Below are positions 37,727 to 45,590 of a stretch of 46,405 bases of DNA, piece after piece (position 1 is the first letter of the stretch; the number at the start of each line of letters is the position of its first letter). The notes under the pieces were generated by a model. It saw only the letters and a list, made by a program, of their open reading frames with translations. It did not search any database and was not told the origin of the DNA. Source of the DNA: a virus (taxonomy: Duplodnaviria > Caudoviricetes); IMG/VR virus record IMGVR_UViG_3300032270_001390, positions 1 to 46,405 of that record; one strand, written 5' to 3'. The translations under genes were made by a program, and so were the position numbers.

Positions 37727-38449
37727 TTATTTGTATATTAGTTTAATTAATTTATCTACTCCTGCTTCCACGTGCGTGGTATCAGAATGGATAAGCTCGA
37801 AGTTATAGCGCTTATCTAACGGTAATACCAAATCTACTTGGCTGCCCCAACGTATTAAACTAAATCTATCATTTTGAGATACTAATGAGTTTTGATCATG
37901 TATAAAATGAGCAATAACATCAACATCTTCATCTGCAATTTGAATTAGATAGTAAGTATAATCTAATCTAGGAGAATAGATTTTATTAAACATACGTTCA
38001 TTATTTTTTAAATAATCAATCATATGTTTAGGGTTAATAGCTGCATTTAAAATATCTTTTTCTAGCGCTAACATTGGTTTATTCATCGATTCTATTGAAT
38101 CCAACGGCTTCCATGTAATATGACCTCCATACGGTATACGGTTTATATGAACGTCATAAAACGACATAAATATGCCTACTACTAAAGATGGTTGGTTATA
38201 ATCTTTATCACCCATAACATCTTTTAAAGTGTATTTTTTACCTTTAACTTCAACTACGGGTGCATTAGAATCTTCTATATATTTTTGATACAAAATAGTA
38301 CCATCTGCTGGTGAGTAAAAATGCTCATTATCTATATAATTAGGACGCATTGGATCTCTAAAAAAGAATACGCTTCCTAATTCATCTACAGGTAATTTTT
38401 CTAGTTTGGCTACATCAGTATCCAACCATTCTTCCATTGACTTTGCCAT
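37727..38449 (-). CDS. psd: Phosphatidylserine decarboxylase-family pyruvoyl proenzyme (substrate uncertain)
   Basis: FFRDPMR, SPADG, IFMSFYDVHINRIP..G, NER, QIA, IRWG/SQVDL self-cleavage site (38-aa alpha chain). Confidence 0.85.
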   Translation of the reverse strand: MAKSMEEWLDTDVAKLEKLPVDELGSVFFFRDPMRPNYIDNEHFYSPADGTILYQKYIEDSNAPVVEVKGKKYTLKDVMGDKDYNQPSLVVGIFMSFYDVHINRIPYGGHITWKPLDSIESMNKPMLALEKDILNAAINPKHMIDYLKNNERMFNKIYSPRLDYTYYLIQIADEDVDVIAHFIHDQNSLVSQNDRFSLIRWGSQVDLVLPLDKRYNFELIHSDTTHVEAGVDKLIKLIYK

Positions 38450-38455
38450 AAATTA

Positions 38456-39367
38456 TCAGATTAAAGTTTTAGTATAATCAACATAATTTAAATGCATAAA
38501 CATACAGCTTAATAAAGCACCTGATTTCATGTATTCTGAGATGTTAAAGATAATAGGTTCCATACCTTCTTTAGCACATATACTTTCTAGTGTATTAACC
38601 TTATGGCGTTCTAGATCATATAGTTCATCTGTTTTCTTTAATTCACTAATGTTAGAAGCGCATAAAATTGCATTACCTAAACGAACTGAATTAGTAATGC
38701 CACCAAATGCATCATCTTCACTTATATCAATAATATCCGTGTATTTTGATAATACATCTAATTCTTCGGGAGAGTATAACGATGTACAAACCATTGTTTT
38801 ATCTTTGGATACAGGGAATATAGAACAATCCAAGTGATATAAATACTCTTCTACCATTTCAAGTGGAATGATATTCATGTTAAAGTTTTCACCCATCCAA
38901 TCATATGTTTCTTTTTGAGAACGGATACCATATCCTCCAACATAGGTGTTACCATAAAGATATTTTAAATCTGCTTCACCTTCCCATTTATGTGGGCTAA
39001 TATGAGTTTTATAACCCATCATATTAAAGAATTTTTCACCAACGTGTTCTTCACCTTGTCTAGGTTCTGAGGTGTAGTTAGATAAAAGGATTGTATTTTC
39101 TTTAATGTGAGGTAAATATATACCTAAATTAGCTACATATACTTGGTCTTGGAAATTACCTTCAGATGGTAATAAATAGCATAATCCTGATCCTGCTACA
39201 AAGTTGTAAACATCTAGAAATTGACGGTATGCTTTATTTCGATCAACTTTTATTTCTTCAGGGCTTAATTCTTTCATCCATATGTTATTTGGATTTGAAG
39301 TATCCAAAGTAAATGGAAAGTTCATTACATAACTAGGAATTGAAAGTTGAGATGGGGTTTCTTTCAT
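38456..39367 (-). CDS. Pentein (amidinotransferase/DDAH fold) enzyme, ArgZ/AgrE-like arginine dihydrolase motifs
   Basis: NIWM, DQVYVANLG, RQGE, WEGEAD, GIRS, YHLDCS, EYMKSGALLSCM (Glu-His-Cys triad). Confidence 0.85.
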   Translation of the reverse strand: MKETPSQLSIPSYVMNFPFTLDTSNPNNIWMKELSPEEIKVDRNKAYRQFLDVYNFVAGSGLCYLLPSEGNFQDQVYVANLGIYLPHIKENTILLSNYTSEPRQGEEHVGEKFFNMMGYKTHISPHKWEGEADLKYLYGNTYVGGYGIRSQKETYDWMGENFNMNIIPLEMVEEYLYHLDCSIFPVSKDKTMVCTSLYSPEELDVLSKYTDIIDISEDDAFGGITNSVRLGNAILCASNISELKKTDELYDLERHKVNTLESICAKEGMEPIIFNISEYMKSGALLSCMFMHLNYVDYTKTLI

Positions 39368-39388
39368 TTTATATAGATTTTATTTTCC

Positions 39389-39397
39389 TATAAATAT
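39389..39397 (-). promoter_or_regulatory. Putative late promoter ATATTTATA (pentein-PSD-phoH unit)
   Basis: 21 nt upstream of ATG at 39367, downstream of the MCP terminator. Confidence 0.7.
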
Positions 39398-39439
39398 AAG
39401 TAAGACCCAGTAAACATAAAAGCTAGTATAAGAAAAAAT

Positions 39440-39469
39440 AAAAAAGGCCGGAATAAATCCGGCCCTTTT
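39440..39469 (-). terminator. Intrinsic terminator after major capsid gene
   Basis: Minus strand GGCCGGA-TTTAT-TCCGGCC followed by TTTTTTATTTTTT. Confidence 0.88.
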
Positions 39470-39487
39470 AATTATTGAGGTATACTA

Positions 39488-41152
39488 TTAAAGAGTATTT
39501 AAACCATTTACATAGATCTTACCATAGAATTCAGGACGTAACATTTTCTTAGCGAAACGAGTCATTAAACCTTTACGTGGTGTGAAGGTATCTGGGTCGT
39601 ACACTAGAGGAGTCATGATCAACGGAATGTATGGAGCGAATACAGCACCTGCTTCTAAGAATTGAGTACCACGGAAACCAACTAAAATAGTGTTTTCAGT
39701 CATATATGGGTTCTTATAAACATTGTACTTGCTATTCAAGTTACCAGCTTTCTGTACACCAAATGCATATTGCATTTTAGAAGCATTACCATCAGAATTT
39801 GAAGCGAATCCAGGGATTGATTCAATAATAGTAGATACTGTTGGAGAACATACTAAGAAGTTAGCACCACCACGAAGAGTCAATTGGTGAATCTTGTTAC
39901 TTAATTTTTGTAATTTAGTACCAAGAGTTTGGAACCACTGACCTTGAGTGTTGTAGAAACCTAAGTTAGCTGTTGGTAATGAAGTAGCTGAAAGGGTAAC
40001 GTTGTTAATAGCTGACCAGTATTCAATATTGGTTGCAGGAACGTCTTGGATCAACATATCTAAGATTTCTAGATCAATTTCTAATGAAATGTACTCAGAC
40101 ATGATGCTAGTTAATTCAGCTTCAGCATCTAATGCTTGGTAAGCATTCAAATCTTGAGCGAATTCAGGTGTCCAAACTGCCTTTAACTTTTTAGTCTTAG
40201 CAACGATAGCCTCAGAACGCATTTTAACGTTAACTTCTGGGATTACAATTGTAGAAGCACTAGCAGAGTTAGGAACAGCGAATGAACTTCCATCTTCAAA
40301 ATCACCTACGTTATATCCAGGAGTACCTCCTAAAGCAGTAGCTTTAGTATAAATCACAAAGCTGTTTGCAGCAGCTGCAGTACCGTTAGTTTGAGCGGTT
40401 GAGCTTGTGTGGAAGAAGTTAATAACAGTGCCATTAGCAGTTAATGATGTAAATGCAGGTAACAATGTACTTACTGTTTGGGTTGAACCAGAAGTCATTA
40501 TAAATCCACGAATTCCTTCAGCATCGTAACTTGGGATCAAAGATGCAGAGAAAGAGAATTTCTTAACTTCACCTGCAGCTGCAGAAGCAGATAAATCAGA
40601 ATCGTAGTTTACTTCAGCCCAAGATCCTGAAAAAAGTGTTGCTCCAGTAACTATTGTAGAAGATGTTTGGTTGGTAGAGTAAGTGAAACGACCAGCACCA
40701 TATAAACCACCTACAGGAGATGGAGTAGCGAATGGGTATTGGCTTCCAGTATTACCATACATTGAGTTGTTCACGTTGAATGGATTCTTTGAGCTTCCAT
40801 ATTGAAAATCCAAATAGAATACAAGACCTGAAGGTAAGTTCATTGGTTGTACACTAACGAATTCTTTAGCAGCAATTTGTCCGAATACTTTACGAACTAA
40901 TGGTAAAGCGATTCCAGCCCACTGCTCACCAGTACCAGCTGTAAATGCACCGGTTCCACCAGTTGCAGAAGTTTCAACTACTAATTGCTTTGCTTGATTC
41001 TCAAGCATAAGAGACATGTTATTTTTGTCGGTTTCTTCTAAACCTTCCAAAAGCCCTGTCTTGGCCCATTTGTTTGCTAATCTAGCGGCGTCGTTTTGTA
41101 AATTTTTCCAGCCACCCGCAGCAGACTCTAATAAATTTTGAACTGTGCTCAT
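39488..41152 (-). CDS. Major capsid protein (T4 gp23-like)
   Basis: LPLVRKVF, VSVQPMNLPSGLVF, AKTKKLKAVWTPEFAQDLNAY, DAEAEL, EIDLEI, APYIPL, F.PRKGLMTR. Confidence 0.96.
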   Translation of the reverse strand: MSTVQNLLESAAGGWKNLQNDAARLANKWAKTGLLEGLEETDKNNMSLMLENQAKQLVVETSATGGTGAFTAGTGEQWAGIALPLVRKVFGQIAAKEFVSVQPMNLPSGLVFYLDFQYGSSKNPFNVNNSMYGNTGSQYPFATPSPVGGLYGAGRFTYSTNQTSSTIVTGATLFSGSWAEVNYDSDLSASAAAGEVKKFSFSASLIPSYDAEGIRGFIMTSGSTQTVSTLLPAFTSLTANGTVINFFHTSSTAQTNGTAAAANSFVIYTKATALGGTPGYNVGDFEDGSSFAVPNSASASTIVIPEVNVKMRSEAIVAKTKKLKAVWTPEFAQDLNAYQALDAEAELTSIMSEYISLEIDLEILDMLIQDVPATNIEYWSAINNVTLSATSLPTANLGFYNTQGQWFQTLGTKLQKLSNKIHQLTLRGGANFLVCSPTVSTIIESIPGFASNSDGNASKMQYAFGVQKAGNLNSKYNVYKNPYMTENTILVGFRGTQFLEAGAVFAPYIPLIMTPLVYDPDTFTPRKGLMTRFAKKMLRPEFYGKIYVNGLNTL

Positions 41153-41190
41153 TTTATTTATTTGGTTTTTAGGGTTTTATTTGTTTTATT

Positions 41191-42720
41191 TTAAATTATA
41201 CCGGCTAACTTTTTGAATCGGTCAACCATCATATTTGATTCAACAATAGGAGACTTAGTTGAAGTTCCCATTGCTTTTGAAGCAAATCCCATAGATTCAT
41301 TAACAGAAGACTTAGTAGTTTTTAAGTTCTCTAATAATGTTTCATATACTAATTTAGCTTCTTTAACACTGTTTGCTTTATCAAAAGCAGTTAAAACTTT
41401 AACCTTTTGGGTTTCAGTTAAAGAACGATTTTTAAAGATTTTGTTGGTATAAAGTAATTTAGCATTCAGTAAATTAACTTCGTTAAGTTCACTTCGTAAA
41501 GTATTAATTACTGAGTAAGCTTCAGAAAGTTCTCCTTTTAATTCTAAAGATTCGCGAGCTATTGATACTGATTGAGAAGTACCAGCTGCTGCTTTTTCAA
41601 GTCCTGTAAGATCTTTTTTCCATGTAAGTGAGGCATTACCTTCACCGCCATTTATTCTAAAGTTACCTTTGTAACTATCATATTTAGCGCCATCTTTTTT
41701 GTCTAGATATACATTGATTATATCATCTACAGATTTATATTTAGCAAAATTCTCTCCCCATTTTTCAGGTGTATCTAATCCAGCATCTAATGCTGCTTTT
41801 TTAGTTTTATCAAAAAGTTCTTTTCTTCTTTCTTCTTCACCTTCTCTTCCAGAGATTTTTTTAATTAATTTACCAAGTACTTCTTCAACTTTTTCAACTT
41901 TTTCTTTCTTATCGTCTTTTTTAGTAACTTTTTTAGCAGTAGCTTTTTTAGACTTTAATTCAGCAAGAAGTTCATCAAGAGAGTATTCATCAATAGGTTT
42001 AGCTTCAGTTTCTTCTTCTTCACCTTCTTCTTCTTCGCCTTCTACATCTGTTCCTTCTTCACCCATGATATCTTTAACGATATCTGTGATGAAGTCTTTT
42101 AGATCTTCAGGGGATTTTAAAAGTGCTTCAATATCTACATCTTCTTCACCTTCTTCTTCCTCACCTTCTTCCTCTTCTTTTATCATACCTTCCTCGCCTT
42201 CATTTTCATCTTCTTCTTCATCTTCATCTTCGTCTAGTTCTTCTAATTCAGCTAAAAGTTCTTCTAAATCAACTTCATCAGCTTCGTCAGCTTCGTCAGC
42301 TTCGTCAGCTTCGTCAGTTTCATAAAGTTCATCCATTTCTTCATCTGTTTCATCGGTTTCGTCTAAATCAGATACATACTGTTTGTCTTTCTTTGAAGGA
42401 GAAGGTTTAAAGTTTTTATACTCATCCATTTCATCCATCTCATCAAGCTCATCCATTTCGTCTGTTTCGTCTGTTTCAGATAAATCAGATACATACTTTT
42501 TGTTTTTCTTTGAAGAAGCGGGAGTTGTATACTCGTCCATTTCATCCATCTCATCCATTTCGTCCATTTCTTCCATTTCGGAAAGACGTTGTGATAACAT
42601 AGATTTTAATTGAGGAGTAAATGCTTCTTCAAGTGCAGCTTTAGCGTTTTGGATTGCTGTTTCTTTAACAGCTTTTGCATCGGCTATAGCTTCCTTAAGT
42701 AGATTTCTGTTGTTTTTCAT
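41191..42720 (-). CDS. Prohead scaffold/core protein (gp22-like)
   Basis: Immediately upstream of MCP; LLKEAIADAKAVKE start, very acidic middle, LNEVNLLNAKLLYTNK, terminal RFKKLAGII. Confidence 0.8.
   Translation of the reverse strand: MKNNRNLLKEAIADAKAVKETAIQNAKAALEEAFTPQLKSMLSQRLSEMEEMDEMDEMDEMDEYTTPASSKKNKKYVSDLSETDETDEMDELDEMDEMDEYKNFKPSPSKKDKQYVSDLDETDETDEEMDELYETDEADEADEADEADEVDLEELLAELEELDEDEDEEEDENEGEEGMIKEEEEGEEEEGEEDVDIEALLKSPEDLKDFITDIVKDIMGEEGTDVEGEEEEGEEEETEAKPIDEYSLDELLAELKSKKATAKKVTKKDDKKEKVEKVEEVLGKLIKKISGREGEEERRKELFDKTKKAALDAGLDTPEKWGENFAKYKSVDDIINVYLDKKDGAKYDSYKGNFRINGGEGNASLTWKKDLTGLEKAAAGTSQSVSIARESLELKGELSEAYSVINTLRSELNEVNLLNAKLLYTNKIFKNRSLTETQKVKVLTAFDKANSVKEAKLVYETLLENLKTTKSSVNESMGFASKAMGTSTKSPIVESNMMVDRFKKLAGII
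42272..42577. repeat. 9-bp microrepeats (DEM/DET/DEA codons) and a duplicated ~38-codon block in the scaffold gene
   Basis: (gcttcgtca) x4 at 42281-42316; DEMDEMDEY..S.KK.K.YVSDL.ETDETDE occurs twice. Confidence 0.85.
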
Positions 42721-42824
42721 TTGTCCTTAAATTTTAATTTTTTGGAAATACGTTTATTAGATAGGAAACGTAATAGGGATTTTAACTAATAGTGATACCA
42801 TATAAGAAAAATGGCATATTCTAA

Positions 42825-42833
42825 TATACATAT
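42825..42833 (-). promoter_or_regulatory. Variant late promoter ATATGTATA (scaffold-MCP unit)
   Basis: One mismatch to the motif; sits just after a terminator, about 104 nt upstream of the scaffold ATG. Confidence 0.5.
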
Positions 42834-42854
42834 ATGAAGATTCTTTAAAATCGC

Positions 42855-42888
42855 ATAAAAAGAGAAATGCCCCGCTATTGCGGGGCAT
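42855..42888 (-). terminator. Intrinsic terminator upstream of the scaffold promoter
   Basis: ATGCCCCGC-4 nt-GCGGGGCAT perfect 9-bp stem, then TTCTCTTTTT on minus strand; a second hairpin (cctaaaat-gct-attttagg) at 42893-42911. Confidence 0.8.
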
Positions 42889-42916
42889 CAGTCCTAAAAT
42901 GCTATTTTAGGAGAGG

Positions 42917-43501
42917 TTAAGATTCCATTTCAGCACTTCTACGAACTCTGCTTATAAGTTTTGTAGCAAGTGATGAATTATTTTTCTTTAATTCTTTATA
43001 TTTTTTATCTTTAGCTAAAGCTTCAACGCCTTTAGCACTGTATTTTTTTTCTAGAGCATCAAAAATTTCTTTTTCTTCAGTTTTAGTTAATTCTTTTTCA
43101 ACTTCTTCTCTAATAAATTGTCTTAATTTTAATATTTTAGATTCAGCTAAAGGATCTTCTTCATCATCGAATAAATCTGCATCACCCATTTCACTATTAT
43201 AGTTAAACATATCATCAGTATATGCGTTTGGGTTAGAGGTTCCAATAGTACTAACATACTCTTCTACACCTTGTTGTATATCTCCTCTTAGTGCTGAGAA
43301 GGGGGTGTTAACTACATCGTCTATATCTTCTGCTCCGTCAAGATAACCTAAAGCGATATCTTCTTTTTCTTCGTATGTTAGATCATTATCCCATACTGAT
43401 GCGGCAGAAGGGGTGTTCATTTCGTTTAATTGAGATTCAGTAATTATTCCTGCAAGTTTTTGCATTTTACGGAATTCTTCAGATAAAATTTGGTTTTTCA
43501 T
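42917..43501 (-). CDS. Putative internal head protein with KMQKLAGII motif
   Basis: Start MKNQILSEEFRKMQKLAGIITE; shares KLAGII with the scaffold C-terminus; lies between protease and scaffold genes. Confidence 0.7.
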   Translation of the reverse strand: MKNQILSEEFRKMQKLAGIITESQLNEMNTPSAASVWDNDLTYEEKEDIALGYLDGAEDIDDVVNTPFSALRGDIQQGVEEYVSTIGTSNPNAYTDDMFNYNSEMGDADLFDDEEDPLAESKILKLRQFIREEVEKELTKTEEKEIFDALEKKYSAKGVEALAKDKKYKELKKNNSSLATKLISRVRRSAEMES

Positions 43502-43505
43502 AGTG

Positions 43506-44114
43506 TTAGAATATTGGGCATGATCCATTAGCACATAATATATCTGTGATAATAGAGTTTACCTTTAGGTATGGATTGTTGTTTTGTTGGTTTTCGTTTA
43601 AGCTTCCGATAACATGCATGTATGATCCTGGGTTTGAGGGGGTTGAGACAAAATCCCAACATAAAAGTTCAAAATCATTTTGTACTTCTAGAGTTTCACC
43701 TATTTGTTTTAGTGAACCCATCCCACGAGAAGATACTCCTACTGTAATGTTATTAGATAATAGTGATGCTAGTATATTTCCTGAGGGTGTAGGTAGAATT
43801 TCAATTGCACCCATTACCTTATCACCATCCCACCATATTTTTTTGATATTGTGAGATACATTTTTTAAGTTAATAATAGAAGAATCAGGGTGGTCAAGTT
43901 CACCTAAGGCACGATTATCTTTAATACATTTTTGATAATTGTTGATTTCTCTTTCCCAAAGTTCTTTTTTATAATACCTACCGTTACCATTTTTAATTTC
44001 AGCAGTAGCTAATATCCCTTCTACTAAAAGATTTTTTCCTTCAGACTGTTTTTCTTCTGTTAATTTAACAGGTTTAAAACTAAAAGTAGAAGTTTCTATA
44101 AGTACTTGTTTCAT
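43506..44114 (-). CDS. Prohead core protease (T4 gp21-like)
   Basis: NGNGRYY, ALGELDHP, VSH, TP.G, GVSSRGMGS, DFVSTPS. Confidence 0.95.
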   Translation of the reverse strand: MKQVLIETSTFSFKPVKLTEEKQSEGKNLLVEGILATAEIKNGNGRYYKKELWEREINNYQKCIKDNRALGELDHPDSSIINLKNVSHNIKKIWWDGDKVMGAIEILPTPSGNILASLLSNNITVGVSSRGMGSLKQIGETLEVQNDFELLCWDFVSTPSNPGSYMHVIGSLNENQQNNNPYLKVNSIITDILCANGSCPIF

Positions 44115-44138
44115 AGTATAATTTGATTTTTTCTACTA

Positions 44139-45590
44139 TTATGTTTTTTCTATATTTTGAATTTCAGAATCTGCTTTTCCAACTTCAGTTTCAGCAGCAG
44201 CAAGTTTAACTAAAGCCGCTTGTTTTTTCTTATAAGCAGCTGATAGTTTAGTGCTTGTTTGTGGGTTTGCGGCTACAGTTGCTTCTTCAAGTGATTCTTC
44301 ATCTAATACTTGTGTATCTTCGGATTTAGGAGATTTTTTAGATTCACCAAGTTTAGATTTTAATTTTTCTAATTTCTTAATATCATCATTTAATTCTTTA
44401 ATCTTTTTAGGATTAACAGAATCTTCTTCTAATTCTTTTAAAGTAGTTAAAGCTTTTAATTTCTTTTTACGCTTTATAATTTCTTTATCAATTAATTTAG
44501 ATTTAGCGTTGTCTGCTGCTGCTTTACCAGTATCTTCAATATTTTTAAGATCAATAGCTTCTTTAATTAATTTAGAAATTATTTGGCGTAATTTAGACTC
44601 ATAAACACCTTCATCTTCTTCATCAGATTCTTCAAATAATCCTGTGTTTCTAAAGTTTCCAGCATCCTTAAGCCATACATTATTATAGACTTGTGCGGGG
44701 GACATATTAGCATTGAAGTATTTTTGTAGTTCAAGTTCATCTATAGATATTTCATCTTTATCTAAACCAGCATCATTCATAATAATACTATAAAGTTTTT
44801 CTTTCCAAGTATTAAATTGGTATTCCCAAACATTATCACCAATTTGTGGGGAACGCCCAGACATTGATTCTTTTAGTTTGACTGGTTCCATTCCAGATGC
44901 TTTATATTTGCCTTTTACTTCTTTTGGTTTACTATGACCAGGTAAATCATCTTTGTATCCTAAACCTTCAATTCCAAATTGACCGCTTTTAAGATAATAT
45001 TGGCTATCTTTAGTTAAATTTTTAGTAACTATAGCTTTTAATTCTTCAACTGTTTTATCAACATTTTTAATATTATCAATTTCAACAGATAAACCTAAAA
45101 GATATTGATTAAAAGAAACATTGTTTATATTTTTTTCATCCTCATAATCATAATTACGAGTTTCAGCATCTGTTACTTCTTTAGTAGTTTTCTTTTCTAC
45201 TGCTTTAGTTTCATTTAATTTACCATACTTGTCATTAATTTCATCCCAAGCATCATTACTAACATATATTTTCTTAGTAGTACCATCACTATACTCAACA
45301 GTGTATGATTTGTCACCATTTTGTTTAGCGTTTACTATTTTTTCTTTTTCTTCTTGAATAGATCCCATATTTTCTTTAAAAATAGAAACCCAATCTGGGG
45401 TAGTACCTGTAGTAACTATACCACCTGCAGCTTCAGAAATAATACCTCTTTGTTTTAAAATAGAAGTAGTTTCTTGAAATGTAGAAGCATTAGTAACATA
45501 TTGGGGAAATAAGGTTTTAGCCTGTTTAAGGAATATTTCTTTGTTACCTTTACCTTCTTTAATTAAAGTGTATTGATCTTGAAGTGTCAT
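44139..45590 (-). CDS. Putative internal head protein
   Basis: Charged 483-aa ORF in the head operon with many L/I-x-E sites; KNL.KD..YY motif. Confidence 0.6.
   Translation of the reverse strand: MTLQDQYTLIKEGKGNKEIFLKQAKTLFPQYVTNASTFQETTSILKQRGIISEAAGGIVTTGTTPDWVSIFKENMGSIQEEKEKIVNAKQNGDKSYTVEYSDGTTKKIYVSNDAWDEINDKYGKLNETKAVEKKTTKEVTDAETRNYDYEDEKNINNVSFNQYLLGLSVEIDNIKNVDKTVEELKAIVTKNLTKDSQYYLKSGQFGIEGLGYKDDLPGHSKPKEVKGKYKASGMEPVKLKESMSGRSPQIGDNVWEYQFNTWKEKLYSIIMNDAGLDKDEISIDELELQKYFNANMSPAQVYNNVWLKDAGNFRNTGLFEESDEEDEGVYESKLRQIISKLIKEAIDLKNIEDTGKAAADNAKSKLIDKEIIKRKKKLKALTTLKELEEDSVNPKKIKELNDDIKKLEKLKSKLGESKKSPKSEDTQVLDEESLEEATVAANPQTSTKLSAAYKKKQAALVKLAAAETEVGKADSEIQNIEKT

Noticed and set aside
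41699-42613. Plus-strand poly-Ser and other alternative-frame ORFs over the scaffold gene
   Set aside because: Shadows of GAA/GAT-rich acidic codons; no independent expression signals or protein-like composition.
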